Source: an uncultured Pseudomonadota bacterium (lineage in GTDB: Bacteria > Pseudomonadota > Alphaproteobacteria > JACZXZ01). Taken from it: 64,000 bases of DNA. The notes below the pieces were generated by a model. The model saw only the letters and a program-made list of their open reading frames with translations, was not told the origin of the DNA and made no database searches. The stretch covers positions 256,001-320,000 of the forward strand of contig CAVVLJ010000020.1 of assembly GCA_963749075.1 (NCBI GenBank), given 5' to 3'. Shown piece by piece: positions 52,620 through 62,261 of this stretch. The stretch's first letter is position 1; each line of letters opens with the position of its first letter. The position numbers and the translations under genes were made by a program.

Positions 52620-53978
52620 TCAGCAGCAGCCCTTGGGCTCGGCGGCGACGGCCGCGGAAGAGGCGCCGCAACAGGGAGCGGCGCCAAGAGGCACCGCGGC
52701 ATTCGGCGCCCTCGGCCGGGACGGCCTGCTGACGCAGACCCCGGTCTCCGGAAGCTTGAGCTCGACCCGGGCTGCAGCCTCGGCATCGCCGGTCAAGGCG
52801 GCGACGATGGAGCGCACCTGCTCGTACCCCGTGGCGGCGAGGAAGGTCGGTGCGCGGCCGTAGCTCTTCATGCCCGCGATGTAGAAGCCCGGCTCGGCAT
52901 GGGCGAGCTCCTCGGCTCCATGCGCGCGTACCGTGCCGCAGCTGTGCAGGTTCGGGTCGATGAGCGGTCCGATCCGGCCGCTGCTCTCGAGCCAGGGATC
53001 GAGGGAGAGGCGGATCTCGCGCAATGCCGAGAAGTCGGGCCGGAAGCCCGTCGCCACCACGAGCTCGTCGGCGAGGAGGCGTCCCTCCCGGCCGCCATGG
53101 TCGCCGGAGACGGCCAGCCGGCCGTCCGCTTCCCGCGCGATGCGCGCGATGCGGAAAGGTGTCACGACACGGACGGCGCCGCTTTCCACGAGCTCGCGCG
53201 CCTGGCTGCCGAGGGCGCCTCTCGCCGGCAGGGCGTCCGCGGCCTCGCCGCCGAATGCGGCTTCCATGTTCTCCTTGCGCATGATCCAGAGGATGCGCGT
53301 GGCGGGCGCCTGCTCCGCGAGCTCGGCAAGCTCGATCAGCGTGTTGAGCGCCGAGTGTCCGCCGCCCACCACCATGGTCGTCTTGCCGGCGTAGCGGCCG
53401 CGGAGCCGGCCGAGCACGTCGGGGATGCCGTAGAAGATGCTGCCGGCCGCCTCCTTCTCGCCGATGGCCGGAAGCCCGTCGGCCCCCGCGGGATTGGGCG
53501 AATTCCAGGTGCCCGAGGCGTCGATCACGGCCTTGGCCTCGAGAGCTTGCATCCCGCCATCGGAAGTCTCCACGCGGAGGACGAAGGGGAGCTCCGCGCG
53601 CCCCGCCGTGCGCACCTTGTCGCATCCCTTGCGCGTCACCGCGACGACCCGGGCGCCCAAGCGGATATGCGGACGGAGGGCGGGCAGTGCCGCGAGCGGA
53701 GCGAGGTAGCGCTCGACGAGCTCGCCGCCCGTCGGGTTCTCGCCGTTCGGCGGGTGGCGCCAACCGGAGGCCGCCAAGAGCTCGACGGCGGCGCCGTCGG
53801 TATTGAGATCCCAAGTCGTGAACATCGGAACATGCTGCCATTGGCGGACGTTGTGCCCGACGCCTGAGCCGGCCTCGAGGACGAGCGGCGTCTCGCCGCG
53901 CGCTATCAGCCGGGCGGCCGCCGCCAGGCCGACCGGTCCGGCGCCGATGATGGCAACGGGGAGGCGCTTCTCCGTCAT
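52620..53978 (-). CDS. Flavin-dependent monooxygenase (ArsV/ArsO-like)
   Basis: GAGPVG FAD and GGGHSA NADPH motifs, HSCGTV, GMKSYGRAPTF, C-terminal CC pairs. Confidence 0.8.
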   Translation of the reverse strand: MTEKRLPVAIIGAGPVGLAAAARLIARGETPLVLEAGSGVGHNVRQWQHVPMFTTWDLNTDGAAVELLAASGWRHPPNGENPTGGELVERYLAPLAALPALRPHIRLGARVVAVTRKGCDKVRTAGRAELPFVLRVETSDGGMQALEAKAVIDASGTWNSPNPAGADGLPAIGEKEAAGSIFYGIPDVLGRLRGRYAGKTTMVVGGGHSALNTLIELAELAEQAPATRILWIMRKENMEAAFGGEAADALPARGALGSQARELVESGAVRVVTPFRIARIAREADGRLAVSGDHGGREGRLLADELVVATGFRPDFSALREIRLSLDPWLESSGRIGPLIDPNLHSCGTVRAHGAEELAHAEPGFYIAGMKSYGRAPTFLAATGYEQVRSIVAALTGDAEAAARVELKLPETGVCVSRPSRPRAPNAAVPLGAAPCCGASSAAVAAEPKGCC

Positions 53979-54004
53979 CGTCGTTTCCTTTCTGGAACAG
54001 TCCG

Positions 54005-54355
54005 TCATGCCCGTGCGGCGCGTCTCGGCCGCGGAGCCCGCAAGTCGGCTCCCGTTGCGGCCGCTCTGCTCCTGCGGCCGCAACAATTCTCGGTGAGATA
54101 GCCGATCAAGGCGTTCATGCCGTCGAAGTCTGCGGAATAGATGAGCGAGCGGCTCTCGCGCCGCTGCAGCAGCAGGCGCGCCCGCAGCAGGTGCGCGAGA
54201 TGGAAGGAGAGCGACGAGGTGGGCACCCCGAGGCGATCCGCGATGGCACCTGCCGCAAGGCCCTCGGGGCCGCTCTCGACAAGAAGGCGGAAGATCGCCA
54301 GGCGGGTCTCCTGGGCGAGCGAGCCGAGCGCGCTTATGGCCTGACGGGTCTGCAT
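54005..54355 (-). CDS. arsR: Second ArsR/SmtB repressor
   Basis: LAQETRLAIFRLLV, SLSFHL, YLTENCC. Confidence 0.92.
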   Translation of the reverse strand: MQTRQAISALGSLAQETRLAIFRLLVESGPEGLAAGAIADRLGVPTSSLSFHLAHLLRARLLLQRRESRSLIYSADFDGMNALIGYLTENCCGRRSRAAATGADLRAPRPRRAARA

Positions 54356-54394
54356 CGCGGCGCACCTCCCGATCTCATCCGTGCGCCTTTTAGC

Positions 54395-54422
54395 ATTTCT
54401 ATATTTCCACGTATATAGAAAT
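54395..54422 (-). promoter_or_regulatory. Palindromic operator of the second arsR
   Basis: ATTTCTATAT-N8-ATATAGAAAT perfect 10-bp arms. Confidence 0.7.
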
Positions 54423-54506
54423 AATGAGGCGGCGAACTTGCACTGGCGGTCCCGGGTGCCGCCACCGTCGAAGCGCCGGCCTCGCCGTGCTATCCTCGGC
54501 GCCGCC

Positions 54507-55220
54507 ATGGCGAGCGATGTCGTCGATCTCCACGAGTTCTATCGCACGAGCCTGGGCCAGATGGCGACCCGGCTCATCCGCCGGCGCTTGCGCCGCATCT
54601 GGCCCTCGCTCGGGGGCGAGCGCCTGCTCGGCTCAGGCTACGCGGTGCCGTACCTGCGCCCCTTCCTCGAGGAGGCGGAGCGGGTGCTCGCCTTCATGCC
54701 GCCCGGCCAGGGAGTCATGCACTGGCCGCTCGGCGAGCGGAGCCTGGTGGCGCTCGCCGACGACGCCGAGCTGCCGCTCCCCGATCTCTCGATCGACCGC
54801 GTGCTCCTGGTGCACGCCCTCGAGCACAGCGAGCAGCCCTCGGCCTTGCTGCGCGAGCTCTGGCGCGTGCTGCGCGACGGCGGGAGGCTCCTCGTCGTGG
54901 TGCCCAACCGGCGCGGCATCTGGGCGCGGCTCGACCGCACGCCCTTTGGACAGGGACTGCCCTATACCCTCGACCAGCTCTCCCGCATGCTGCGCGACAA
55001 TCTCTTCACGCCGGTGCAGTCCGCGGTAGCACTCTTCATGCCGCCGACCGCGCGCCGTTTCCTCCTCGCCTGGGCGCCCGCCTGGGAGGGGGTCGGCGAG
55101 CGCCGCCTCGAGACCTTCGCCGGCGTCGTCATGATCGAGGCCGCGAAGCAGATCTACGGCGGCGCCTTGGCGCGGCCCGAGCGCAGGCGCCGCCGCGTCT
55201 ACCTGCCGATCCCGGGCTGA
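54507..55220 (+). CDS. Class I SAM-dependent methyltransferase (YafS-like)
   Basis: DVVDLHEFY, GYAVPYL, DRVLLVHALE, PNRRGIWAR. Confidence 0.85.
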   Translation: MASDVVDLHEFYRTSLGQMATRLIRRRLRRIWPSLGGERLLGSGYAVPYLRPFLEEAERVLAFMPPGQGVMHWPLGERSLVALADDAELPLPDLSIDRVLLVHALEHSEQPSALLRELWRVLRDGGRLLVVVPNRRGIWARLDRTPFGQGLPYTLDQLSRMLRDNLFTPVQSAVALFMPPTARRFLLAWAPAWEGVGERRLETFAGVVMIEAAKQIYGGALARPERRRRRVYLPIPG

Positions 55221-55222
55221 GC

Positions 55223-55852
55223 CTAATCCTTGCGCAGGAGGAAGATCGCCTGCTCGTCGACGAGGTTGGCGAGTGCGCGCGGCGTGCTCGAGCGCCGCGT
55301 GCCGCCGCGCCGGTCGATCGAGACGCTGCCGAGGATGCCGATGCCGAGCTCGGCTGTGAGCGCCATGAAGTCCGCGATGGTGCAGGGATGGATGTTGGGC
55401 GTGTCGTACCAGCGGTGGCTGGCGCCGTTGGGGATCGTGATGCGGCCGCCCGAGAGCAGGCTCAAGCGCAGGCGCCAATAGCCGAAGTTCGCGATCGACA
55501 CGATGGCGTGCCGGCCGATGCGCACGAGGTCGAGGAGCACGCCCTTGGGATCGCCCATGGCCGGCAGCGTCTGGCTCAGCACGGCGTAATCGAAGGAGTG
55601 CCGCGGATAGTCCTTGAGGTCGGTATCGGCATCGCCCTGGATGACCGAGAGGCCGTGGCTCACGCAGGCATTCACGCCGGCCTGGCTCAACTCGATGCCG
55701 CGCCCGTCGACCCCCTTGGCATGGCCCAGGTAGGCGAGAAGGGCGCCGTCGCCGCAGCCCACGTCGAGCACGCGCGTCTCGGGCTCGATCATGTCGGCGA
55801 TGAGCTGGAGGTCGAGCCGGAGCGGACCCGCCCCCCGCTGCGGCTTGCTCAT
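55223..55852 (-). CDS. metW: Methionine biosynthesis protein MetW
   Basis: RVLDVGCGDG, LSQTL, WYDTPNIH. Confidence 0.93.
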   Translation of the reverse strand: MSKPQRGAGPLRLDLQLIADMIEPETRVLDVGCGDGALLAYLGHAKGVDGRGIELSQAGVNACVSHGLSVIQGDADTDLKDYPRHSFDYAVLSQTLPAMGDPKGVLLDLVRIGRHAIVSIANFGYWRLRLSLLSGGRITIPNGASHRWYDTPNIHPCTIADFMALTAELGIGILGSVSIDRRGGTRRSSTPRALANLVDEQAIFLLRKD

Positions 55853-55865
55853 TTCCACGGCCGCC

Positions 55866-57035
55866 TCATGGCCAGCTGAGGCCGATCTGCTCGGCGGCAC
55901 CCGCGAGGAAGCCGCTCAAGGTCGCGAAGAACTCGGGCTCGTCGAGGAGGAAGGCGTCGTGGCCCTTGTCCGAGCGCACCTCGACGAAGCTCACGTTGGC
56001 CGCAACCGAGTTCAAGGCGCGCACGACCTCCTTGCTCTCGGGCGTGGGAAAGAGCCAGTCGCTCGTGAAGGAGATCACGCAGAAGCGCACGGGCGTCGCC
56101 TTGAAGGCGTTGGCGAGGACGCCGCCGTGCTCCAGCGCCAGGTCGAAATAGTCCATGGCGCGCGTGATGTAGAGATAGGAGTTGGCGTCGAAGCGGTCGA
56201 CGAAGGTGCTGCCCTGGTGGCGCAGATAGCTCTCCACCTGGAAGTCGGCGTCGAAGCCGTAGGTGACGCTGAGCCGGTCCTGCAGGTTGCGGCCGAATTT
56301 GCGGTGGAGTGCTGCCTCCGAGAGATAGGTGATGTGCGCCGCCATGCGCGCGACCGCCAGCCCGCGGTGCGGCACCTTGCCGCGACGCAGGTAATCGCCC
56401 TCGCACCACTCGGGGTCCGCCATGATCGCCTGGCGGCCGACCTCGTGGAAGGCGATGTTCTGCGCCGAGTGGCGCGCCGCCGTCGCCACCGGCACGGCGG
56501 TGACCAGGCGCTCGGGATAGCTCGCCGCCCATTGCAGCACTTGCATGCCGCCCATCGAGCCGCCGGTGACGCAGAACAGCTTGTCGATGCCGAGATGGTC
56601 GACCAGCAGCTTCTGGGCGCGCACCATGTCGGCGACGGTGATGACGGGGAAGGAGAGGCCCCACGCCTCGCCCGTCGCCGGGTTGATCTCCTTCGGGCCG
56701 GCGGTGCCCATGCAGCCGCCCAGCACGTTGACGCAGATGACGAAATAGCGCTCGGTGTCGATGGTGAGCCCGGGCCCCACCATGACGTCCCACCAGCCCT
56801 CGCGCCCGGTCACGGGATTGATGCCGGTGGCATACTGGTCGCCGGTGAGCGCGTGGCAGGCGAGGACGGCGTTCGAGCGGGCGGCGTTGAGCGTGCCGTA
56901 GGTCTGGTAGGCGATGGTGAAGGGTCCGAGCTCGGCGCCGGAATCGAGCTTGAAGGGCCGGTCGCGGCCGAACTCGGCACTTTGGCCCGGACGGGCGCGC
57001 GCTGCAGCCGGCGCTGGGGAATCTTGAACGGCCAT
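55866..57035 (-). CDS. metX: Homoserine O-acetyltransferase
   Basis: [28 protein letters not shown]; alternative start at 57050. Confidence 0.95.
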   Translation of the reverse strand: MAVQDSPAPAAARARPGQSAEFGRDRPFKLDSGAELGPFTIAYQTYGTLNAARSNAVLACHALTGDQYATGINPVTGREGWWDVMVGPGLTIDTERYFVICVNVLGGCMGTAGPKEINPATGEAWGLSFPVITVADMVRAQKLLVDHLGIDKLFCVTGGSMGGMQVLQWAASYPERLVTAVPVATAARHSAQNIAFHEVGRQAIMADPEWCEGDYLRRGKVPHRGLAVARMAAHITYLSEAALHRKFGRNLQDRLSVTYGFDADFQVESYLRHQGSTFVDRFDANSYLYITRAMDYFDLALEHGGVLANAFKATPVRFCVISFTSDWLFPTPESKEVVRALNSVAANVSFVEVRSDKGHDAFLLDEPEFFATLSGFLAGAAEQIGLSWP

Positions 57036-57175
57036 TCCTTGCCTGCCCATGGTCTCCGCGGCGCTCCCGCGAGCGGGGGGGTAGTTGGGGTGCAAGGGGG
57101 CCAACTGTCAATGTTTTCTTTGATTTCGCGGGGCGCTGCCAGTATGACTATGCGGCCCGCGGAGAGCCACACCCC

Positions 57176-58096
57176 ATGAACATGCAGCATCCTATTCGCT
57201 CACTCGAGGAGCTCCGGCGCGAGATCGACGCCATCGACGACGGCATCCACGATCTCGTCATGCGGCGCGCCGCCCTGCTCTCCGAGATCGCGGCGGCAAA
57301 GGATGCCGGCGGGGCCGCGGCCGGCGCCTTCCTGCGTCCCGGCCGCGAGGCGGTCGTGCTGCGCCGCCTCATCGCGCGCCACAGAGGACCGTTCCCCAAG
57401 GCGGCACTGGTGCGCCTTTGGCGCGAGATCATGGCGGGGCCGCTCTTCGTGCAGGGCTCCTTCTCGGTTGCCGTCTATGCGCCCAAGGAGCAACCCGGCT
57501 ACTGGGACCTGGCGCGCGATCATTACGGCAGCACCGTCCCCTTCGCCGCCTACACCACGCCCGGCCAGGTCATCCGCGCGCTCGGCGAGGGCCGTGCCGT
57601 GGTGGGCGTGCTGCCGGCCATAGAGGACGACGATACCGACCCGTGGTGGCGGCTCCTCGCGCGCGAGGGCAAGGAGCGTCCGCACATCATGGCGCGGCTC
57701 CCCATGGCGGCGAGCCGCAATGCGCGCGGCGAGGGCCTGGCAGCGCTGGCCGTAGGCCCCGTGGCACCCGAGCCGACCGGGCGCGACCGCAGCTATCTCG
57801 CGCTCGAGACGGCCGAGGAGCTGAGCCGCGCAGCACTCGGCGCGCAGCTCGCCAAGGCCGGCCTCGAGCCGTGCTTCTACGCCCTGTGGCAGGAGCCGGG
57901 CGCGGGGCGCCGCCTCATCCTCGCCGAGGTCGGCAGCTTTGCCGCCGAGGACGACGCGCGTCTCGCCGAGTTCGCGAGCGCCATGGGCGGGCGCGTGCGC
58001 CGCGTCTTCTCGCTCGGCGGCTACGCGCTGCCGTTCGACGCGAAGGAGCTGGCCGCCCAGCCGGACGCGGGCCTTTCGGAGGCGGGAAAGCCGTGA
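57176..58096 (+). CDS. Chorismate mutase with C-terminal extension
   Basis: LEELRREIDAID, RPGRE; precedes hisC-tyrC. Confidence 0.85.
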   Translation: MNMQHPIRSLEELRREIDAIDDGIHDLVMRRAALLSEIAAAKDAGGAAAGAFLRPGREAVVLRRLIARHRGPFPKAALVRLWREIMAGPLFVQGSFSVAVYAPKEQPGYWDLARDHYGSTVPFAAYTTPGQVIRALGEGRAVVGVLPAIEDDDTDPWWRLLAREGKERPHIMARLPMAASRNARGEGLAALAVGPVAPEPTGRDRSYLALETAEELSRAALGAQLAKAGLEPCFYALWQEPGAGRRLILAEVGSFAAEDDARLAEFASAMGGRVRRVFSLGGYALPFDAKELAAQPDAGLSEAGKP

Positions 58097-59184
58097 ACGC
58101 TCTCGCACCCAAGCCGGGCATCCTCGAGATCGAGCCCTATAGGGGCGGCGAATTGTCCGTCGCCGGCGCCGGCCGCATCGTCAAGCTGTCGTCGAACGAG
58201 AACGCGCTCGGCCCGAGCCCGCGCGCCGTCAAGGCGCTCGAGGCCGCGGCGCGCGAGCAGCACCGCTACCCGGACGGCGCCTCCGAGGCCTTGCGGGCGG
58301 CACTCGGCCGCCGCTACGGGCTCGATCCCGAGCGCATCGTGTGCGGCGCCGGCTCGGACGAGCTCATCACCCTCCTGACGCGCGCCTTTGCCGGCCAAGG
58401 GGACGAGGTGCTCTACAGCGAGTATGGCTTCCTCATGTACCCGATCTCGGCGAAGGGCGTGGGTGCGGTGCCGGTCGCGGCACCCGAAACCGGCCTGCGC
58501 GCGGACGCGGCGGCCCTCCTCGCCCGCGTGACGCGGCGGACGCGCATCCTCTTCCTCGCCAATCCCAACAACCCGACGGGGAGCTACGTCGCGAGGGACG
58601 CGGTGGCCGAGCTCCATGCCGGCCTGCCCGGGGACGTGCTTCTCGTCATCGACGCGGCCTATGCGGAATACGTCAAGCGCAACGACTACAGCGCCGGCGC
58701 CGAGCTCGTCGAGGCGCACGGCAATGTGGTGATGACGCGCACCTTCTCGAAGATCTACGGCTTGGCGGGCGTGCGCCTCGGCTGGGCCTATTGCCCGCCC
58801 GCGGTGGCCGACGTGCTCAATCGCCTGCGCAACCCGTTCAACGTGACCGCACCCGCGCAGGCGGCGGGCCTGGCCGCCCTCGAGGACATCGCCCACGTGG
58901 ACGCCTCGCGCGCCAGCAACGACGTGTGGCTGCCCTGGACCACGGCGGCGCTCGCGGGGATCGGGCTCCAGGTGGCGCCCTCGGTCGGCAACTTCGTGCT
59001 CGTGCGCTTTCCCGGCGAGCGCCGGCGCAACGCCGATGCCGCCTACGACTTCCTCGCCGCGCGCGGCATCATCCCGCGCAAGATGGGCGCCTACAAGCTG
59101 CCCCATAGCCTGCGCTTCACGGTGGGCGCCGAGGACGAGATGCGGCTCGCCGTGGCGGCGCTCGCCGAATTCATGGGCCGTTAG
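58093..59184 (+). CDS. hisC: Histidinol-phosphate aminotransferase
   Basis: KLSSNEN, NPNNPTG, DAAYAEY, RTFSKIYGLAGVRLG. Confidence 0.95.
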   Translation: MNALAPKPGILEIEPYRGGELSVAGAGRIVKLSSNENALGPSPRAVKALEAAAREQHRYPDGASEALRAALGRRYGLDPERIVCGAGSDELITLLTRAFAGQGDEVLYSEYGFLMYPISAKGVGAVPVAAPETGLRADAAALLARVTRRTRILFLANPNNPTGSYVARDAVAELHAGLPGDVLLVIDAAYAEYVKRNDYSAGAELVEAHGNVVMTRTFSKIYGLAGVRLGWAYCPPAVADVLNRLRNPFNVTAPAQAAGLAALEDIAHVDASRASNDVWLPWTTAALAGIGLQVAPSVGNFVLVRFPGERRRNADAAYDFLAARGIIPRKMGAYKLPHSLRFTVGAEDEMRLAVAALAEFMGR

Positions 59185-59186
59185 CG

Positions 59187-60075
59187 GTGCCGACGAAGCC
59201 GCTCTTCGCGCGCGTAGCACTCATCGGCATCGGCCTCATCGGCTCCTCGCTCGCGCGGCGGATGAGGCGCGACGGGCTCGCCGGGCAAATCGTCTGCTGC
59301 GCCAAGAGCGAGCGCAGCCGCAGGACGGCACTCGCACTCGGCATCGTCGATGCCGTCTACGAGCGGCCCGAGGAGGCTGTGGCCGAGGCCGACCTCGTCG
59401 TGCTGTGCACGCCGCTCGGCGCCTATGCGGCAGTCGCGCAAGCGATCGCACCGGCGCTCGCCCCCGGCGCCATCCTCACGGACGTTGGCTCGGTCAAGGA
59501 GCAGGCGATCGCCCAGATCGGCCGCCACGTGCCCGCGGGCGTGCATTTCGTGCCCGGCCATCCGGTGGCCGGCACCGAGCATTCGGGCCCCGAGTTCCGG
59601 CTTCGCCGAGCTCTTCGACGGGCGCTGGTGCATCTTGACGCCGCCGCCGGGCACCGACGAGGCGGCGGTCGAGAAGCTCGCCGAGCTGTGGCGGCGCTGC
59701 GGCATGAACATCGAGCGCATGGATGCCAAGCATCACGACATCGTGCTCGCCATCACCTCGCACCTGCCGCACCTCATCGCCTACTGCATCGTCGGCACCG
59801 CCATGCATCTCGAGGAGCTGACGAACTCCGAGGTGATCAAGTTCGCGGCCGGCGGCTTTCGCGACTTCACGCGCATCGCCGCCTCCGATCCCGTGATGTG
59901 GCGCGACGTCTTCCTCAACAACCGCGAGGCGGTGCTCGAGCTGCTCGGCCATTTCACCGAGGACCTGACGGCGCTCCAGCGCATGGTGCGCTTCGCCCAG
60001 GGCGACAAGCTCGAGGAGTGGTTCACGCGCACGCGCGCGGTGCGCCGCGGCCTCATCGAGGCCAAGCAGGCGTAA
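59187..60075 (+). CDS. tyrC: Cyclohexadienyl (prephenate/arogenate) dehydrogenase; one extra base at 59595-59596
   Basis: GIGLIGSS, DVGSVK, HPVAGTE in one frame; SHLPH, GGFRDFTRIA in another; length is 3n+1. Confidence 0.88.
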
Positions 60076-60095
60076 GCCGGCCCGCCGCGCCGCAT

Positions 60096-60109
60096 TTGAG
60101 CCAGGTCAA
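60096..60109 (+). promoter_or_regulatory. FNR/FixK-type box
   Basis: TTGA-GCCAGG-TCAA about 70 bp upstream of the adh start. Confidence 0.7.
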
Positions 60110-60179
60110 TGCCGGGAGTGCGGCCCGCAGGTCTAGTCGAGCCTTCGGGCCATCCTCAATTGCCGAGAGGAGAACGATC

Positions 60180-61217
60180 ATGAAGGCTCTCGTTTATCAG
60201 GGACCGGGCAAGAAGGCGCTCATGGAGCGCCCGATGCCGGAGATCGCCGCAGCCACCGACGCCATCGTGCGAATCGTCAAGACGACCATCTGCGGCACCG
60301 ACCTGCACATCCTCAAGGGCGACGTGCCGACCTGCCAGCCAGGGCGCATCCTCGGCCACGAGGGCATCGGCGTGGTCGAGAAGACCGGCGCCGGCGTCAC
60401 CGCCTGGCGCGCCGGCGACCGCGTCCTCATCTCCTGCATCTCGTCCTGCGGCGCGTGCGAATACTGCCGCCGGGGCATGTACTCCCACTGCACGACCGGC
60501 GGCTGGATCCTGGGCAACGCCATCGACGGCACCCAGGCGGAATATGTGCGCATCCCCCATGCCGACACCAGCCTCTACAGGATTCCCGAAGGGGCCGACG
60601 AGGAGGCGCTGGTCATGCTCAGCGACATCCTGCCGACCGGCTTCGAGTGCGGCGTGCTCAACGGCAAGGTGGCGCCGGGCGCCGCGGTGGCGATCGTCGG
60701 CGCCGGCCCCATCGGCCTTGCGGCCTTGCTCACCGCGCAGTTCTATTCGCCGGCCGAGATCATCATGATCGACCTGGACGACAATCGTCTCGCGGTCGCC
60801 AAGCGCTTCGGCGCCACCGCCACGGTGAATGCCGCCGGCGGCAAGGCAGCGGAAGAGGTGATGGCGATGACCGGCGGCCGCGGCGTCGACACCGCGATCG
60901 AGGCCGTCGGCGCGCCCGCCACCTTCATCCTCTGCGAGGACATCGTGGCGCCCGGCGGCACGATCGCCAACGTGGGCGTGCACGGCGTCAAGGCCGACCT
61001 CCACCTCGAGCGCCTGTGGTCGCAGAACATCACCATCACCACGCGGCTCGTCGACACCGTGACCACGCCCATGCTGCTCAAGACCGTGCGGTCGCACAAG
61101 ATCGATCCCAAGCTCTTGATCACCCACCGCTTCAAGCTCGCGCAGATCCTCGAGGCCTACGAGACCTTCGGGCATGCCGCGGCCACCCACGCGCTCAAGG
61201 TCGTCATCGAGGCCTAG
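60180..61217 (+). CDS. Zinc-dependent alcohol dehydrogenase
   Basis: ICGTDLH, GHEG, CxxCxxC-C, GAGPIG. Confidence 0.93.
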   Translation: MKALVYQGPGKKALMERPMPEIAAATDAIVRIVKTTICGTDLHILKGDVPTCQPGRILGHEGIGVVEKTGAGVTAWRAGDRVLISCISSCGACEYCRRGMYSHCTTGGWILGNAIDGTQAEYVRIPHADTSLYRIPEGADEEALVMLSDILPTGFECGVLNGKVAPGAAVAIVGAGPIGLAALLTAQFYSPAEIIMIDLDDNRLAVAKRFGATATVNAAGGKAAEEVMAMTGGRGVDTAIEAVGAPATFILCEDIVAPGGTIANVGVHGVKADLHLERLWSQNITITTRLVDTVTTPMLLKTVRSHKIDPKLLITHRFKLAQILEAYETFGHAAATHALKVVIEA

Positions 61218-61234
61218 GCGCGGAGACGGACGCG

Positions 61235-62242
61235 ATGAAGGCAAGCGACGTCATGACGAGCACGGTCGTAGCGGCCGGTCCCGACACGCCCGTTCGCGAG
61301 ATCGCCAGGCTGCTGCTCGAGAAGGGCATCAGCGCGGTGCCGGTGGTGGATGGCGGCGGCGCTCCCCTCGGCATGGTGAGCGAGGGCGACCTCATCGGCC
61401 GCAGCGACGCGGCGCGCGAGGCGAGGCGCGATTGGTGGCTCGCCCTCCTTGCCGAGGGCGAGGCGCTCAGCGACGAGTTCCTCGCGCACGCGGGCTCCAA
61501 GGAGCGCACCGCACGCGACATCATGTCGGCGCCGCTGGTGACCGTCGGGGAGGCGACCGAGGTGGCGGAGATCGCGCGCCTCCTTGCGGCCTATCACATC
61601 AAGCGGGTGCCCGTCGTGCGCGACGGACGGATCGTCGGCATCGTGAGCCGCGCCGACCTCCTGCGCGCGCTCGCCGCAGAAGAGGCCGACGCCGCTGCGG
61701 CGCCCGCCGCCCGCCACCCGAGCGGCATCATCGCGGCCATCGATGAACATTACTTCCACCATCGCTCGCCGCCGCGGCCGGCCGCCGCCGGGCAGGCCCC
61801 GGCGGCACCCCTTGGCGGGCTCAGCGCCGGCGATTTCCGCGCTCTCGTCGGCGATGCGAAGCACGAGGCCGAGCGCCGCCGCGACGCGGAGTCCCAAGCC
61901 GAGGCGGCCGTGCGGCGGAAGCGGGTGAAGGAGCTCATCGACCGCCACATCGTCGAGGACGACTGGCAGAGCATCGTGCACCGTGCGCGCGAGGCGGCGG
62001 AGCACGGGGCCAGGGAGTTCATGCTGCTGCGTTTTCCGCACGAGCTCTGCAGCGACGGCGGACGTGCCATCAATGCGCCGGAGCCCGATTGGTCCAAGAC
62101 GCTGCGCGGCGAGGCGGCGGAGGCCTATCTGCGTTGGGAGCGCGACCTCCGGCCGTGCGGCTTCCACCTGGCGGCGAGGGTTCTCGACTTCCCTGGCGGC
62201 TTTCCCGGCGACATCGGCCTCTTCCTCGTCTGGGGCGAGTGA
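61235..62242 (+). CDS. CBS-pair protein with an uncharacterised C-terminal domain
   Basis: MKASDVMT, GMVSEGDL, IKRVPV, GIVSRADL; tail CSDGGRAIN...PGDIG. Confidence 0.85.
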   Translation: MKASDVMTSTVVAAGPDTPVREIARLLLEKGISAVPVVDGGGAPLGMVSEGDLIGRSDAAREARRDWWLALLAEGEALSDEFLAHAGSKERTARDIMSAPLVTVGEATEVAEIARLLAAYHIKRVPVVRDGRIVGIVSRADLLRALAAEEADAAAAPAARHPSGIIAAIDEHYFHHRSPPRPAAAGQAPAAPLGGLSAGDFRALVGDAKHEAERRRDAESQAEAAVRRKRVKELIDRHIVEDDWQSIVHRAREAAEHGAREFMLLRFPHELCSDGGRAINAPEPDWSKTLRGEAAEAYLRWERDLRPCGFHLAARVLDFPGGFPGDIGLFLVWGE

Positions 62243-62261
62243 GCGCGCCGGCAGCCCCGCA

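Larger units (their letters stand above)
35580..54476. mobile_element. Arsenic island (aio + pst/phoB + two ars operons); ends approximate
   Basis: Separates gloB from a yafS-like gene, which are usually divergent neighbours; compositional shift; no integrase seen. Confidence 0.7.

Noticed and set aside
57036-57175. Possible SAM riboswitch upstream of metX
   Set aside because: No SAM-II/SAM-alpha consensus recognised; only a TTGACA-like promoter element. An Rfam scan would settle it
59187-61217. Apparent TyrC-alcohol dehydrogenase fusion (676 aa)
   Set aside because: Produced by the +1 frameshift at 59595; adh has its own RBS, start and upstream box
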